From NCBI GenBank assembly GCA_017499595.2, contig CM039004.1, positions 1,488,001-1,552,000 of the forward strand: a stretch of DNA of 64,000 bases. The letters are read 5' to 3'. The position numbers and the translations under genes were made by a program. This document shows positions 24,825 through 41,404 of this stretch, piece after piece. The notes below the pieces were generated by a model. The model did no database searches, was not told the DNA's origin, and saw only the letters and a program-made list of their open reading frames with translations. Source of the stretch: Psilocybe cubensis. Taxonomy: Eukaryota. Positions within the stretch are counted from its first letter, which is position 1. Every line of letters starts with the position of its first letter.

Positions 24825-25750
24825 TTAGAGTTTGCTTGGTCCAGGAGGATTTTTGTCGTTATCGCGTATGTTCGCCCATACTTTTTCTGTCGCCACAGCT
24901 ATGCGATCTGCAAGGCTTCCGAAGCTATCGATGGCTGGTCGAACATCCAAGGAAAAGACCGGCGAGCCATCAGGTTCGGGTGGAGCAGAGTAGTAATCTA
25001 TAACATAGCGGACTTCTTCACCAGTGGTTGGCCGACGGACTATCCAATCATGTCTGTCGAAGGGTGGTTCAGAACTGGAGCGATAAAGAAGTTGATATTT
25101 GATGTAAGTTAAATCAACCATTGGAACATTAATACAGTAAACTGACTTGAATCGAGATGGTAGAAGCCATCCAGCGAACATCCAAAACCGTGCTTTGGGC
25201 GAAATCTCGCCTGGACGGCCTTTAAAACGTGTGAGTTGTAGACCTTCATCACTAGAAGAAGTTAATTTTACAAAACTCTCCAAAAAGGTGTCCTTGCCTC
25301 GTACCAATTATGTCTTCGCTCCCACTTCCTCACCTCCTCCCAAGCTTCCTCATTGAGGAAATTGTGTATCTCTACCATTGTAACGACATGCTCTTCGGGA
25401 GTTTCCCATCCCTTTCGAACAAGAGCATTGTAGAACTGTTGTGGTGATGGATACTCCCATTTCGAACTGCTATCCCTAGGAATAGAGGATTCTGTTCGGT
25501 CTGTAGGAAGGTGTATGCCTTGCATTTGTGAGGGCATTTGAGACAGAGTAGGCATCTGATTCAGTGGGTTGACTGCATCATGGTCTACGGGACACTGAGC
25601 AGCCTTTTGAGGTGGCGTGTGATCAACAGGGCATTTTGCAGGCTGAGCAAGGTCTGGAGGGGATGGAGAGGCTGCATGAGGAACTGGACAGCCCCCAGAT
25701 GAGGGTATTGAAGTTGAATTTGAGTCGATACGTGAGTTGGTTTGACCCAT
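24825..25750 (-). CDS. CYC3: Holocytochrome c synthase (cytochrome c heme lyase)
   Basis: Three CPV heme-regulatory motifs, WEYPSPQQFYNALVRKGW, IHNFLNEEAW, SPKAR, PFDRHDW, YVIDYY and LDVRPA motifs. Confidence 0.93.
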
Positions 25751-28002
25751 TATTGAAGAATGTACGTAGGGTCAAACTGAGAGTGAACTTTGAAATGTCG
25801 ACGTTTCTGATGGCAATTGGGAGGACAGTGCACGCTAATAGCGAGCAGTGCGTCAAAAATGTCAATGATCGAGTCACGTGTATCTTCCACAGACGACGTC
25901 GACGCTTTATTACCCGGTCTACCTCAGTCTACCTTCCTTCCTGATGAACGTTGAAATGTTGAATAAAGCCAAATGACATGTCGTCAAACAACTCTCAGGA
26001 ATGCTACACTTGACCTTCCTGCTCGAAAGTCATCCTTCTTCTCATGCTCATGGGGTCGGCACGGACTTGCGCGTCTATAGCAGCCAAATTCGGGCGCGAC
26101 CTGGCGGGACGAGTCACCATAACAAAATCGACGCATTTGATAAGATGGGTCTTTTCAAAAAATCTAAGGATATGTCTATGTGGTGGTTTCCTGGGTTTCG
26201 GTACTCATTCGCCTTTCGGGTTTCAATTTTTTCTATCTGTGTTGATGTCAATAGATACCATCGTCCACATATTACCGCATATTACCCATGCTTCTCAATC
26301 CGCCTTAGGCATTCCCCCACGATTTTTTCAACGCCTCTCAATGTCGATTTCAGAAGATGATGATTGATAACGATACGTCCTACTCAACCCCACATTATTT
26401 TCCGGGGTGACTTGGAGTCTTCTGGGGTAATGTGTCTTCTCCAGACACTCCTGCATGATTTCATTATTCGGTCCGACATTTTAGGGGTCTTTCATTCTAA
26501 CGCGGGTCAGTCTATGTCAAATGAAATGAAATGGAGCACTCTAGTACCTACTATGTAGTACCCATGGTTATTTGCAACTAACACAAACCCCTAGGCAGGC
26601 CAACACACAAATACCTAATCCCTCTTAAACCTCTTTTTCAAGTTTTTGAGGTCATTCCAAGGCTCCTCTATCATCTCTCTACGTCTGAGAATAGCTGAAA
26701 GCCCCTTAAAAACGGACTGAGAGCCCCTCACATCCTATGCATTTTCAGCGGTGGCCCCCTTGAAATTTGATTGTGTACGTAATATTTCACTGATGCTCAT
26801 CTCACAATTCCAAAATCGACGTCAATGAGAACATGAGTAAAATCGTAGAATTACAGAAGTTATGGACTCTAATTGGGGACTATCATCATTGCAGGCACCA
26901 AGTTGAAGACAAATTTCGATCAACCACGTTACTAGCTGTTACTATGCATCAATATGGGCGTTGTAAGTTTAAGCTCAGATGCCATCACCACGAGTTCGTG
27001 ACCTCAGGCTATCCCTGAATCCATTTTCGAAGGAGGCCTCCAATTTTTTGAGTTTATTTCCCTATAAAGTTTCAAACATACTACTTGACAGATGTGTATC
27101 ATAGTCGCTTGCAAAATATTAGACCAGAGATCCCGCCACATGATACGAGATTTCTAAATAATCACAAATAATCAGCTTTGAATCGTTGAACGGCTCTGAA
27201 GGGGTTATGATTGGACGCTGGATTTATTCATCAGAGAACTGATATAGAAGGATATACACCGTCAATTCGCAATGTTTGGGTAGTTACCGACTGCGAGTCA
27301 GCGGATCGGATTTAGTCTATTCGGCAGCATGTGACTTCCAAGACTGTTTCTCTAGACATTTCCAGGAGCGGTTTCAATGTTTTCAATTGCATGCAAGCAG
27401 GAAACCCTAAAGATTTTCTACATGTGGATTTAACCTCTAAATCGGAGGCCGTATATGAATAGATGTCGTCTCAACGTGGGCATATTCGAAAGATTCAGAC
27501 GTTTGAACACCTGCAAGGCGTCGATGAGGGCGACTCGGATGCTTGGCGAACTCGCGGAATTGAAAAAAGCACATAGAGAAAAACAACAAAGCCAGACAGC
27601 TCTAGGCGGATTTGACCACCTTTCGTATTGTGATGAGGATGGGTTATTGGGTGCTGCTAAGGTCAATTATGGATGGGAAATCTATGCGGGAATGGATCAG
27701 CGTAAACACATGTGTGATCGATTCTTTGCTTGCCGCGTAGTAGTAGCTCTGAATGGGTTTAGGACCTTAGAAGTGGTTAGGAGCCTTTGAAAAGTTTGCC
27801 AAGCCAATTTCCATGTCAAATTTCGTAGCGGAAGTGACTGAGGACTCCGGAACTCTTGGAATGAGTTCTCAAGAGGGTCTGAGGTTTATTTCTAGTTGCA
27901 TAACTTGAAGAGTATATTCGTGTACCTTTCAACGCAATTAACCTCTGGTTCATGCCAACTTCCCGCGACCTCCAAATCACTTCATCGGGAAATTTAGACA
28001 GA

Positions 28003-28059
28003 CTGGGGTTGGCGGGGTGCATTGGGGTTTGGTGGGGTTTCGGTGGGGATGGTCCGGGG
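28003..28059 (+). promoter_or_regulatory. Six phased GGGG runs including five SYGGRG (CreA/Mig1-type) sites upstream of the sugar transporter
   Basis: CTGGGG, GCGGGG, (TTGGGG), GTGGGG, GTGGGG, CCGGGG spaced 9-11 bp apart; TATAAAG at ~28491. Confidence 0.55.
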
Positions 28060-28562
28060 CTCGGCGCTGTTAATTTGTCGCTTTCCCCCTCGGATTTGAA
28101 ATCTCTCACAATAATCCAACGGATGTGAACTTGAAAATTGCTACGAATTTCATTTAAGACGGGTAGCCGGATCTTCAAAAAAAAAGTAAACTGAAAAAAG
28201 TGACGGAAAAAGCTGTGTGCGGTTGTAAAAGTGAAAAGAACAGGCGGGTACACAGAGGACTGGCTACATCACTGGAGCATTCCAGCGCTTCGGAAGGAGA
28301 TGAGTTTAGATTTGCCGCGTGGACCGGCGCCTATAGTCAATTTATAGCCCCCTATAGCGGCTTATGTAGCCGGGCTCCAGTTATTTGTATTAGGTTTTGT
28401 GGGACCTTGATGGGAATTTGTGCGATCGGTGATCTGATCTCCCCCTCACTGAAGCCATATGGCGTGCACATCAATGCCTGAATCCCAAGCTATAAAGTAG
28501 GAGACCTCGACAGGGCATATCCTCATCCTTTTAGATCCTCTTCATCCTTCACATTGTTCAAT

Positions 28563-30588
28563 ATGCCGGGAGGACCTGCCGCGACTGGAAGTGCCATTGG
28601 GGGCTCTGCCACCAGCAAGAGCAAATTTGCTGGAATCGCCATGACGAGTAAGTCATTCTCTACTCCCCATGCCCGTTCAAATCTAACACATCTTTCTCCA
28701 GCATTCAGCGCGTTTGGTGGTATCCTCTTCGGCTATGACACTGGTGTTATCAGTGGTATAAAAGAAATGAGGACGTGGCTTATGCAGTTCGGTTTCCCTA
28801 CGGATGACCCCAAGTTCACCACTGGTTACCGTATCTCCTCGTCCTCCGAGTCTCTCGTTGTTTCCATTCTTTCGGCCGGTACTTTCTTCGGTGCTTTGAT
28901 TGGTGCTCCCGCTGCTGGTTAGTTTATTACATTTATGATCCAAGTGTTCACCAACTGATGCATTGCAGATATTCTTGGGAGAAAATGGGGCATCATTTTT
29001 GCTTGTCTTGTCTTTTCTATTGGTATCGCAATGCAAACTGCTGCCACCCAAATGGCTCTCTTCGTTGTTGGACGTGTCTTCGCCGGCCTCGGTGTTGGTC
29101 TCGTCTCATGCTTGATCCCAATGTACCAGTCTGAGTGGTCAGTAGCGCATTCAATTGCCTTTTCTATTCCACATTAACATTCTGCTACAGCTCTCCTAAG
29201 TGGATCCGTGGTGCTGTTGTATCTACCTATCAATGGGCTATCACCATTGGTATTCTCCTTGCCGCAATTGTCAACAATAGCACGAAGGACTTCGACGGAA
29301 AGAACGCTTGGCAAATCCCTGTCGCCCTTCAATTTGCTTGGGCTGGAATTCTCGCCCTCGGAATGTTCTTCCTGCCCGAGGTATGTATCACAGTTTCCCT
29401 ACACTTTGTGTTGGTATTGACAATCTTTTCAGTCGCCTCGCTGGCTCATCAAGCGCGGACGCAACGCTGATGCAGCAATCTCCTTGGGTCGTCTTACTGG
29501 TGCCGCTTCGAACAGCCCCGAGGTTGAGACTGAGCTTGAGGAAATTCGCCAAAACTTCGAAGAGGAAAAAGCGCTTGGCGAAAGCACTTACGCCGATTGC
29601 TTCAAGTTCAGCAAAAACAAGATTGCCCTTCGTACCCTCTCTGGTATCTTCATTCAAGCTTGGCAACAACTCACTGGAAGTAAGTCGATCACATATTTGT
29701 GTGCTTTATCATGTACTGACTTTTTCACCTAAAGTCAACTTTATCTTCTATTACGGAACGACGTTCTTCAAGAACTCCGGTATCAACAATCCTTTCACAA
29801 TTTCGATCGTCACTGGTGTTGTCAACGTTGTAATGACTATTCCCGGAATCTGGGGTATTGAACGTTTCGGTCGTCGTCGCCTTCTCCTTGTCGGTGCCAT
29901 TGGTATGTGCTTGTGCGAGTACATTGTTGCCATTATCGGTGCCACAATCTCTACCGAGAACATTGCCGGACAGAAAGTCCTCATTGCTTTCGTTTGTCTG
30001 TACATCGTGAGTACATCTTTTTTGCGTCAAAGAGCTTTTCATTTAAAATTTCTTTACCAGGCATTCTTTGCCTCCACTTGGGGCCCCATCGCCTGGGTTA
30101 TCACTGGTGAAATTTTCCCCCTTCAAGTTCGTGCCAAGGCGATGTCACTTTCGGTTGCCAGCAACTGGCTGTGGAACTTTGGGATCGCTTATGCCAGTAA
30201 GTATTTAATAACTGTACAACTTACGGCATCACCAATCCTGAGCGCCTATTTCTAGCCCCTTATCTCGTCAACAAGGAACCAGGCTCCGCTGGGCTTGAAT
30301 CCAATGTGTTCTTCATTTGGGGATCTACCTGCTTCTGCTGCATCATCTTCACTTTCCTTTGCATTCCCGAGGTTAGTATTCCTGAGTCCAAATTTTTTTC
30401 GTTTCATATCTGATCTTTTCTTTTAGACAAAGGGTCTTTCCCTCGAGCAAATCGATCTCATGTACCAGAACACCACCCCGATCAAGTCCCTCGAATATCG
30501 CAGACGCCTCATCGCCGAGGGTGCCGACGCCGTTCACGGCGGCGACGTCAAGCACCACAGCTCCGAGCATTTCGAGGAGAAAGTTTAA
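28563..30588 (+). CDS. MFS sugar porter (hexose/monosaccharide transporter), multi-exon
   Basis: FGGILFGYDTGVISG, GRVFAGLGVG, PMYQSE, PESPRWL, WQQLTG.NFIFYYG, GEIFPLQVRAK and PETKGLSLEQID motifs. Confidence 0.96.
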
Positions 30589-31157
30589 GCTTCATCAGAC
30601 TGCCATTTCCCTCCCTAATTATCGTAGTCATCTTTCTATTTAACTTTGGGGATTACTACGCCCACTGTTATCTATATGTAGCATATTCCAGACATCTGTT
30701 CCTCGGTTACCACCTATACCACATTATCACCCAAAATTTCTTATTCGTTCCCCTTGGTCTGTCAGTGTACTTTCGCGAACTGTACGCCTGTATGAATACA
30801 TCATGATTTCTCACGTCTCATGCCCTCAACCTTGTAATTTTCACTGCTTTGTTCTGGCCTCCGAAGGGTTGGAGTCTGGACCCCTGCTTTTGCTTTATAC
30901 TGTCTGTCACCTTCTGAAATCCCAGGTTTTCTAGCATGTTTGATGCGCTATCTTCGGCGCAGTAGACCTATTGCTTTATATGTTTTCTCCTTCTCCTGCG
31001 TCTTTCCCCCCGTACAACGTTTGGGTAAAAATTCTAACGATCAACATTGGATGAAAGGAAACATGTAAGATGAGAGTAAGCAAAATGTAACAAACTTCTG
31101 CTTTGAATTGACTATCAACACATTCACTATCAACTATTAACATATTCGCACAATTAA

Positions 31158-33609
31158 TCAAACCAAATTTTCAAGGATTGTCTTGACTCCCCAGGCGCCC
31201 GGATCCGCAACCTTTTCAGCGATTAACCTGTCACCCTCGACGTAAGCGCTTCTTCCAGCTTTCGCTTCTAGATTCCTGGTTGCTTCTGCGGCTTTTATAG
31301 CGGCATTCATAGAATCTGCATAATTGTTGTTAGTAGAACTGAAGGTTTCAACAAAAGCCGCGAGGGGGTCGACTAGAGTACGAGATGGAGGACGGGCACG
31401 AGTATAGGTGTACAACTTCGCAAGGGCGAAGCTAAGTGCCTGACCCCATGCATCCGGCGTCATCTTTCCGGTTTCAGGACCTTCAGCTTGTAGACCTTGA
31501 GCCAAGGCCGAAAAAAAAATTCTGTAGGGCATCAAATCGTGTACCAAAGCGAAGTGTATTGAAAAACGCACGAATACAAAGCACCACTAGTTCCACCCAT
31601 AGACTCTTCTGAAACTTGTGCGATGCTGATAATGGAGCGAACTAAGTCGTCCCCTGATATCTTTCCGGCTGAAATTTTTGACAGAACACCTAGAAAAAAA
31701 TCATAAAAATTCTGCTCATACATATGCAAAAACGTTCCAACCTTCTGCCCCAGCCTGTGGACAAAGATATCGATTATGTTATTTTACATAAGTAGCGCTA
31801 TAAGGCGATATTGTAAAGACGACCATTGGCGTACCTTCAATGTCAGTCCACAATCACCATCACCTGCTATGGAGTCCATTCTGGTAATTTCTGGTTCGGC
31901 TTCAATTAATGCCTCCGCAGCCCGTTTGATACTTTCGATGAAAGCCGCTGGATCGGGTACACTGACGTGCTTGATATTGGCCTTGTTAGCTGTAATCTGT
32001 TGAGCGGGAGCAAGCTGTTTTTCTTGCGCCAAGGGTGCAATAGGTGACGACCACTTCCAGCCTGGAGTTTCCGATTTGTCATCCAGAAGAGATAATATGA
32101 GGTCTTTCGATGGGGCCTTCACTTCTTCCTTCGAGGGCAGCAGCAGCAATGAGATAGAGAAGCCCGGCATATTGAGACTGGTCTGATATAGGGTGTCACT
32201 TGGATTGTTGCACTGTTAGATTGACTGTATTACCATGAAAGTTCCAGCTAGAATTCGACATGTGATGAATCCCCGGGCATCGAGTTGTTTTTTGACTTCA
32301 GAAACAATTCCAGACAACTCTAGTTCGCTAAGACCACCTAGATTATTTACGAGGAGGACCACATTATCTTCGCCTTTAAAAGGAACGAAGGAACGATCTT
32401 GGTCAGAAGTAGAGGTCAAGAATGTCAACAGTTGTCCAATGAGATGCTCCAACTTGGGGATAGGAGACAAGCGAGTGTGGCCACTTTCATTGTGTATTCC
32501 AAGCCCAATTTCAATTTCAGTGGGCGCTAAATCCGAAGTCATTGGGGCAGTCCCAGGAACCTGATCAAGCAAAACATTAGGTATTATAATGGATAATGGA
32601 AAACCGAACTGAACGTGTGTGTGACCGAGACTACAACCGATGGTCGCGATACGGTCGGCAACCCAAGTCGCAACAGAATGCACATCTTCAAGACCACCTC
32701 CTCGATGTGCCAACGCGCCAGCAATTTTGTATACTAGAACAGTTCCCGCCAGGCCACTACAAACGAAATGCGATCAATAACTGGCCAATGAATTGATGGG
32801 CAGCCTACCGTCGACCGACAATTTTGCCCTGCTCCCTTCCAACGGCGACATCATCTCCGACAACGACGAACTTGATTTTATCCGCCTTCTGAGGATGAAG
32901 GGATGCATACTGCTCCTTTGCCAACCCGAAGTTGAGGACATCACCAGTATAATTTCTATAGTAGATGAGTAAATACATCAATAGTCAAGTGCAAAGGCTT
33001 TAGTGATTACTTTACGATGATAACAGTGCTAAAAGATGCTCGTTAAATAAGCTGGAGACAAGGAAGGAGTGAGATTATACCCTTTATCATTGTCAAGAAG
33101 TTCAACACCTCTCATGACTTGGCTGGCGTTTGGAGATGCAAAGATGTTACCACAAACGGCGCCTGTGACTGTTTAAGAATGGACAACAAAGAGTATTGAC
33201 ATATAAATACCGGTAAGGATTCCTTTACCTACAACCAGCTATAATTTATTTTTTTTACCAAGTGTAATGTAGCGCACCTACGAATCCTGCATGTGCAGGC
33301 TCATGTCCTGAGCCGCCACCGCACATCAAGGCGACTTTGGAACGATCGTGAGATTTGATATAAACCACTGAGAGGGAATAAAGGACGTTCGTAAGAAATC
33401 ATAAAAAGCAGGTATGCACATAAGAATATCACCTTTGTTCTCAGCATCGAGAGCAAGCTGTGGATTTAACGCGACCAAACCCTTGAGAGAGTCGAGGACA
33501 AGGGTAGAAGCTGAATTCAAAAGGTGTTTGCCTAGATAGAACAAGTTGTGATTTTCTATAGGAAAGAGGGAGAAAGTGCAGCGAGCAAAAACGCACTCTG
33601 AACAGACAT
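31158..33609 (-). CDS. DAK1: Dihydroxyacetone kinase (DAK1 + DAK2 domains), multi-exon
   Basis: CGGGSGHEPAHAG, GNIFASPN, NYTGDVLNFG, GLGIHNE, MDSIAGDGDCG, MGGTSGALY and DPGAWG motifs. Confidence 0.95.
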
Positions 33610-33946
33610 AGTTAAGGGTTAAGCTGGGAAGGTAAGCTAAACTGGATTATGTGCTTTTCCATGGCTAATATATGTCTCCTGTCGATCACTGGTCCAAGAT
33701 TACAATGTAAGTGGAGACACCGGCCCGGCCATCATGTCTCAATCTGGAGATGTGCACGTGCCGTGACTTTTTTGTGACAAACACGCGTCAGCACTTTTAC
33801 TTCAGTTCAAGAAACAAGTTGTTCGCAAATTCCAGAAAAACATATCTGGAATAGAAAGCTCCTTTGTTTTTTCATATACTCCCCGCAATAATCCTTTATA
33901 AAGAGTGGCCCATCGTTCTTTGATTCATTTCCTATCTGTAGCGCTC

Positions 33947-38348
<4,402 letters not shown>

Positions 38349-38674
38349 ACTTGCTGTTTGCAATTTACCACCACATATTCTAATCCTTTTCATTCTTTGA
38401 CCTGTTGTCGTGGTACATCCGATCCTAGTATAGCTATTAGTTAGTGTATTCAACTTAACACATGTAATATTCCTCCCCTAGCATTTCATCACAATCATCA
38501 CGTACAATCTATTCAAAATACGCTGTTTACAATGTTTCATTAGCCTAGAAATGCACTCTCCTTATACTGCCCAATCCTTTGAGCTACATAAGATATGATG
38601 TCAAAATTGAAAGTCACGCTGTGGAACTTGTTCTTGAGAGAGGAACAACTTCATTATCACACCATGACCGTGAC

Positions 38675-41051
38675 ATGAATCGCGTTCCTCCAAACCTTTT
38701 GTACCTCGCAATCTATAATCCGACTCTTCGTCCAAGTGGACCTATTGATGAAGGCAACGAAGATGCTGAAGAACAGGCGCACATTCTGTTCTATACATCA
38801 AAGGAGCGAGCTGTCTCCAGAGATCGCATGCTTCGCCAGATCGGTCTGGCAAAAGCCCTCATAAACTTTGCAGAGTGCGCACCTTTGCGTCTACATTTCA
38901 ATGTCGGTTCCTCAACATGATTTTATACATGCAGATCGTTCAGCACCAATGATACATGCGATAACGTTCATTCCCAATCAAGAAGGATGATTATGGTTTC
39001 TCCTGAACCAGATTTTTGGATACACGCAGTCAGTGTGACTATCTTCCTTCTGGGCATACTTCTTAGTCAGTATCTACCAGGGAATCGAAGTTGCTAAAGT
39101 TCCAAAGAACTTAGATCCAAAGGGCAAGACTAAAACGAAAGGAAAGCCAGGGGAGAAAGGCAAAGACAGCGAAACCTCTCCCCTGTACGATTATGACGAT
39201 GGCTCGGTTCATGACAATGCTCTGCGAGCTTGTATCCTCCAAGGGTACGAGAAGTTCAAGGTACTCTTTGGCCAAAGTCTGCATTTATCAACCATTGACC
39301 AGGGATGATATTTCGAATCTCTAGTTAACACATGGATCTTTCATATCAATATTGGTGTCTCTCGGTCAACAGGCGCTTGAACTACAGTTGGAAAGGTTCT
39401 GGACAGTTTGGGGTTGGTCATGGAATTTGGAAGAGAAGATGACTTTCGAAGATCAATTTGGTGTGACGTTTTACTAGCAGCTGGAAGGAATTTGATGTTT
39501 AATGTTTCCAGGACCACTTCTGCACCCTTTGTTCTCTTCTCTAGTGCCTTTGGTTGACAATTTCTCTGAGAATTTGTCGTCTGAAATCGCACCGATTGTC
39601 TTGTCAAGGCAGCATATTATTCCTTCTGGACGCTACACGGAAGGACGCTACCCCGCAGCTCTTGCGGCACACCTTGCATCCATGATCCCACCGCCGATAG
39701 AACCATCACGAAGCTCTGACACTCTAAATACTCTGGCATCTTCCGTGGAGACGATCAGAGGCAAGCGTTCGTCGGAAGTTAAAACTAAGGGGCCGTCAAA
39801 CGATGCACATCATGACGGTGGAACCTTCTTCGGCATTTCTACTATGAACATGAACATGGACATGAAAAAATGGAACTGGCCAGGTTATCTGACCTTTGGG
39901 AAAGGAGACAAACCAAAGCCCTCTGCTGACATAATGTCTGGTACATCGACTGTGAAAGAAAAGGAAACATCATCTGCAAAACTGCCTGAAGCACACGAAG
40001 AAAGCAGATTGCAAGTAGAAATTAATACATCGGACTTGGAAGACGCCATTTCGTCTATTTCAGTACCGATATCTGGACCAGTAAACGAGCCGCATATCAA
40101 TGAAGATAATAAGAAGGACGCATCGATAGTGGAAAATCAAAAAGATGTTTCTAAGTTGCCATCCTACATGACCGATCCTTACGATGACTTTTCATTGAAA
40201 ATACCTGATAACCCCGAGGACCCACCGCCGTCTTCGCCATCGCCACCTCAGCTTCCGGAATTTTCCTTGACAAGATTAAACCTTGCACCACATCATGACC
40301 CCACGAATACGAGAAAGACGACGATTCACTATTTGACGGTATGTCAAATCATACTTTTGTTGGGCCACCTCTGACCCAAAAACACTGTCGCCCAGAAAGA
40401 TAAATTCATGCTTGCTCTCATCAATATGCACGATAAAGCCAATGATCTTTCAGATGCAGAAGCCACCGACTTGCGAACTGCTGCTGAAAAGGTTGGCCAG
40501 TTATTCGAGGATCTCGAATTGACAATAGACGATCCCAACCTTCGAAGGTATGATGCCATTTCCACCGTCCTTCCTCACTCGTGAATTTATTAGTGACATA
40601 TATTATTTTTCCCAAAAGTGCGTTTGATGCTCTGCCTCCGGCTAGCAAGATTTTGCAGACTCCGGATCGCTATTTGATGTCTACCGCTGGTTATACTCAT
40701 GGAAGTCCTGGATTTTCATCTACATCGAGCCACCTTTTCAACGCAAAGGCTATACTAGACCTGTGCGCCCCTATAAAGCGTGCAAAACTCCTAACCTTTC
40801 TGACGCAGTTTAATAGAGATCCTGAAATTACCGAAGTCTTTTCAAGGGGACAAAACCCTCAGCATTGGCACATTGCCAAACGCGGACTATCCAATGCGCA
40901 AAACACTGACATCGATTATATAGGGACAGACGACGCCGTGTTTATGGAAGTATTCAGGAAGGAAACGAGTTTGACGGACGTGGACAATGTACTCACTGGT
41001 GTGGTGAAGAAGTCTGGTTTGCTCGATGGTTCAGGCCATGTGAGGACCTGA
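38675..41051 (+). CDS. CCZ1: Vacuolar fusion protein CCZ1-like (longin domain), multi-exon
   Basis: LAIYNPTL...HILFY...RMLRQIGLAKAL, EPDFWIHA, F...HGSF, LERFWTVWVWSW motifs. Confidence 0.75.
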
Positions 41052-41404
41052 AGTAGATTCAACATTGCTGAGTCAATTATACCCCAGAACCTTGTGCTGT
41101 TGGGTGAGATATTGTGTAATAGATTGTCGCCTAAGAACTTGGTATATACTTGAAAGCTTGTTGAAAGCTATGTCGGAGACTTCACTGTCTCTTGGGTCTA
41201 GAGTCAAAGGCCCTTACCAGCGGGCTTGGCTTCAATTACTATATATAGATACGCCAGACATAAACATACAGCCGGCTGACCAATCGCGACACTCTTGTAC
41301 TCCAACCACGACATCTCCCGTATCACTTTCAGGAACGCGGAACGCCAGACAGAAGAAGAGACTGAAAATTTAATAACAGGGTATTTTACAGGATATAATC
41401 GACC

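Noticed and set aside
25950-27800. Short ORFs in the long CYC3-transporter intergenic region
   Set aside because: No recognisable motifs or consistent splice structure; more likely regulatory or decayed sequence.
28563-33609. Sugar transporter plus DAK1 as a metabolic gene cluster
   Set aside because: Only two convergent genes with no shared promoter or further pathway genes; adjacency alone is not evidence.
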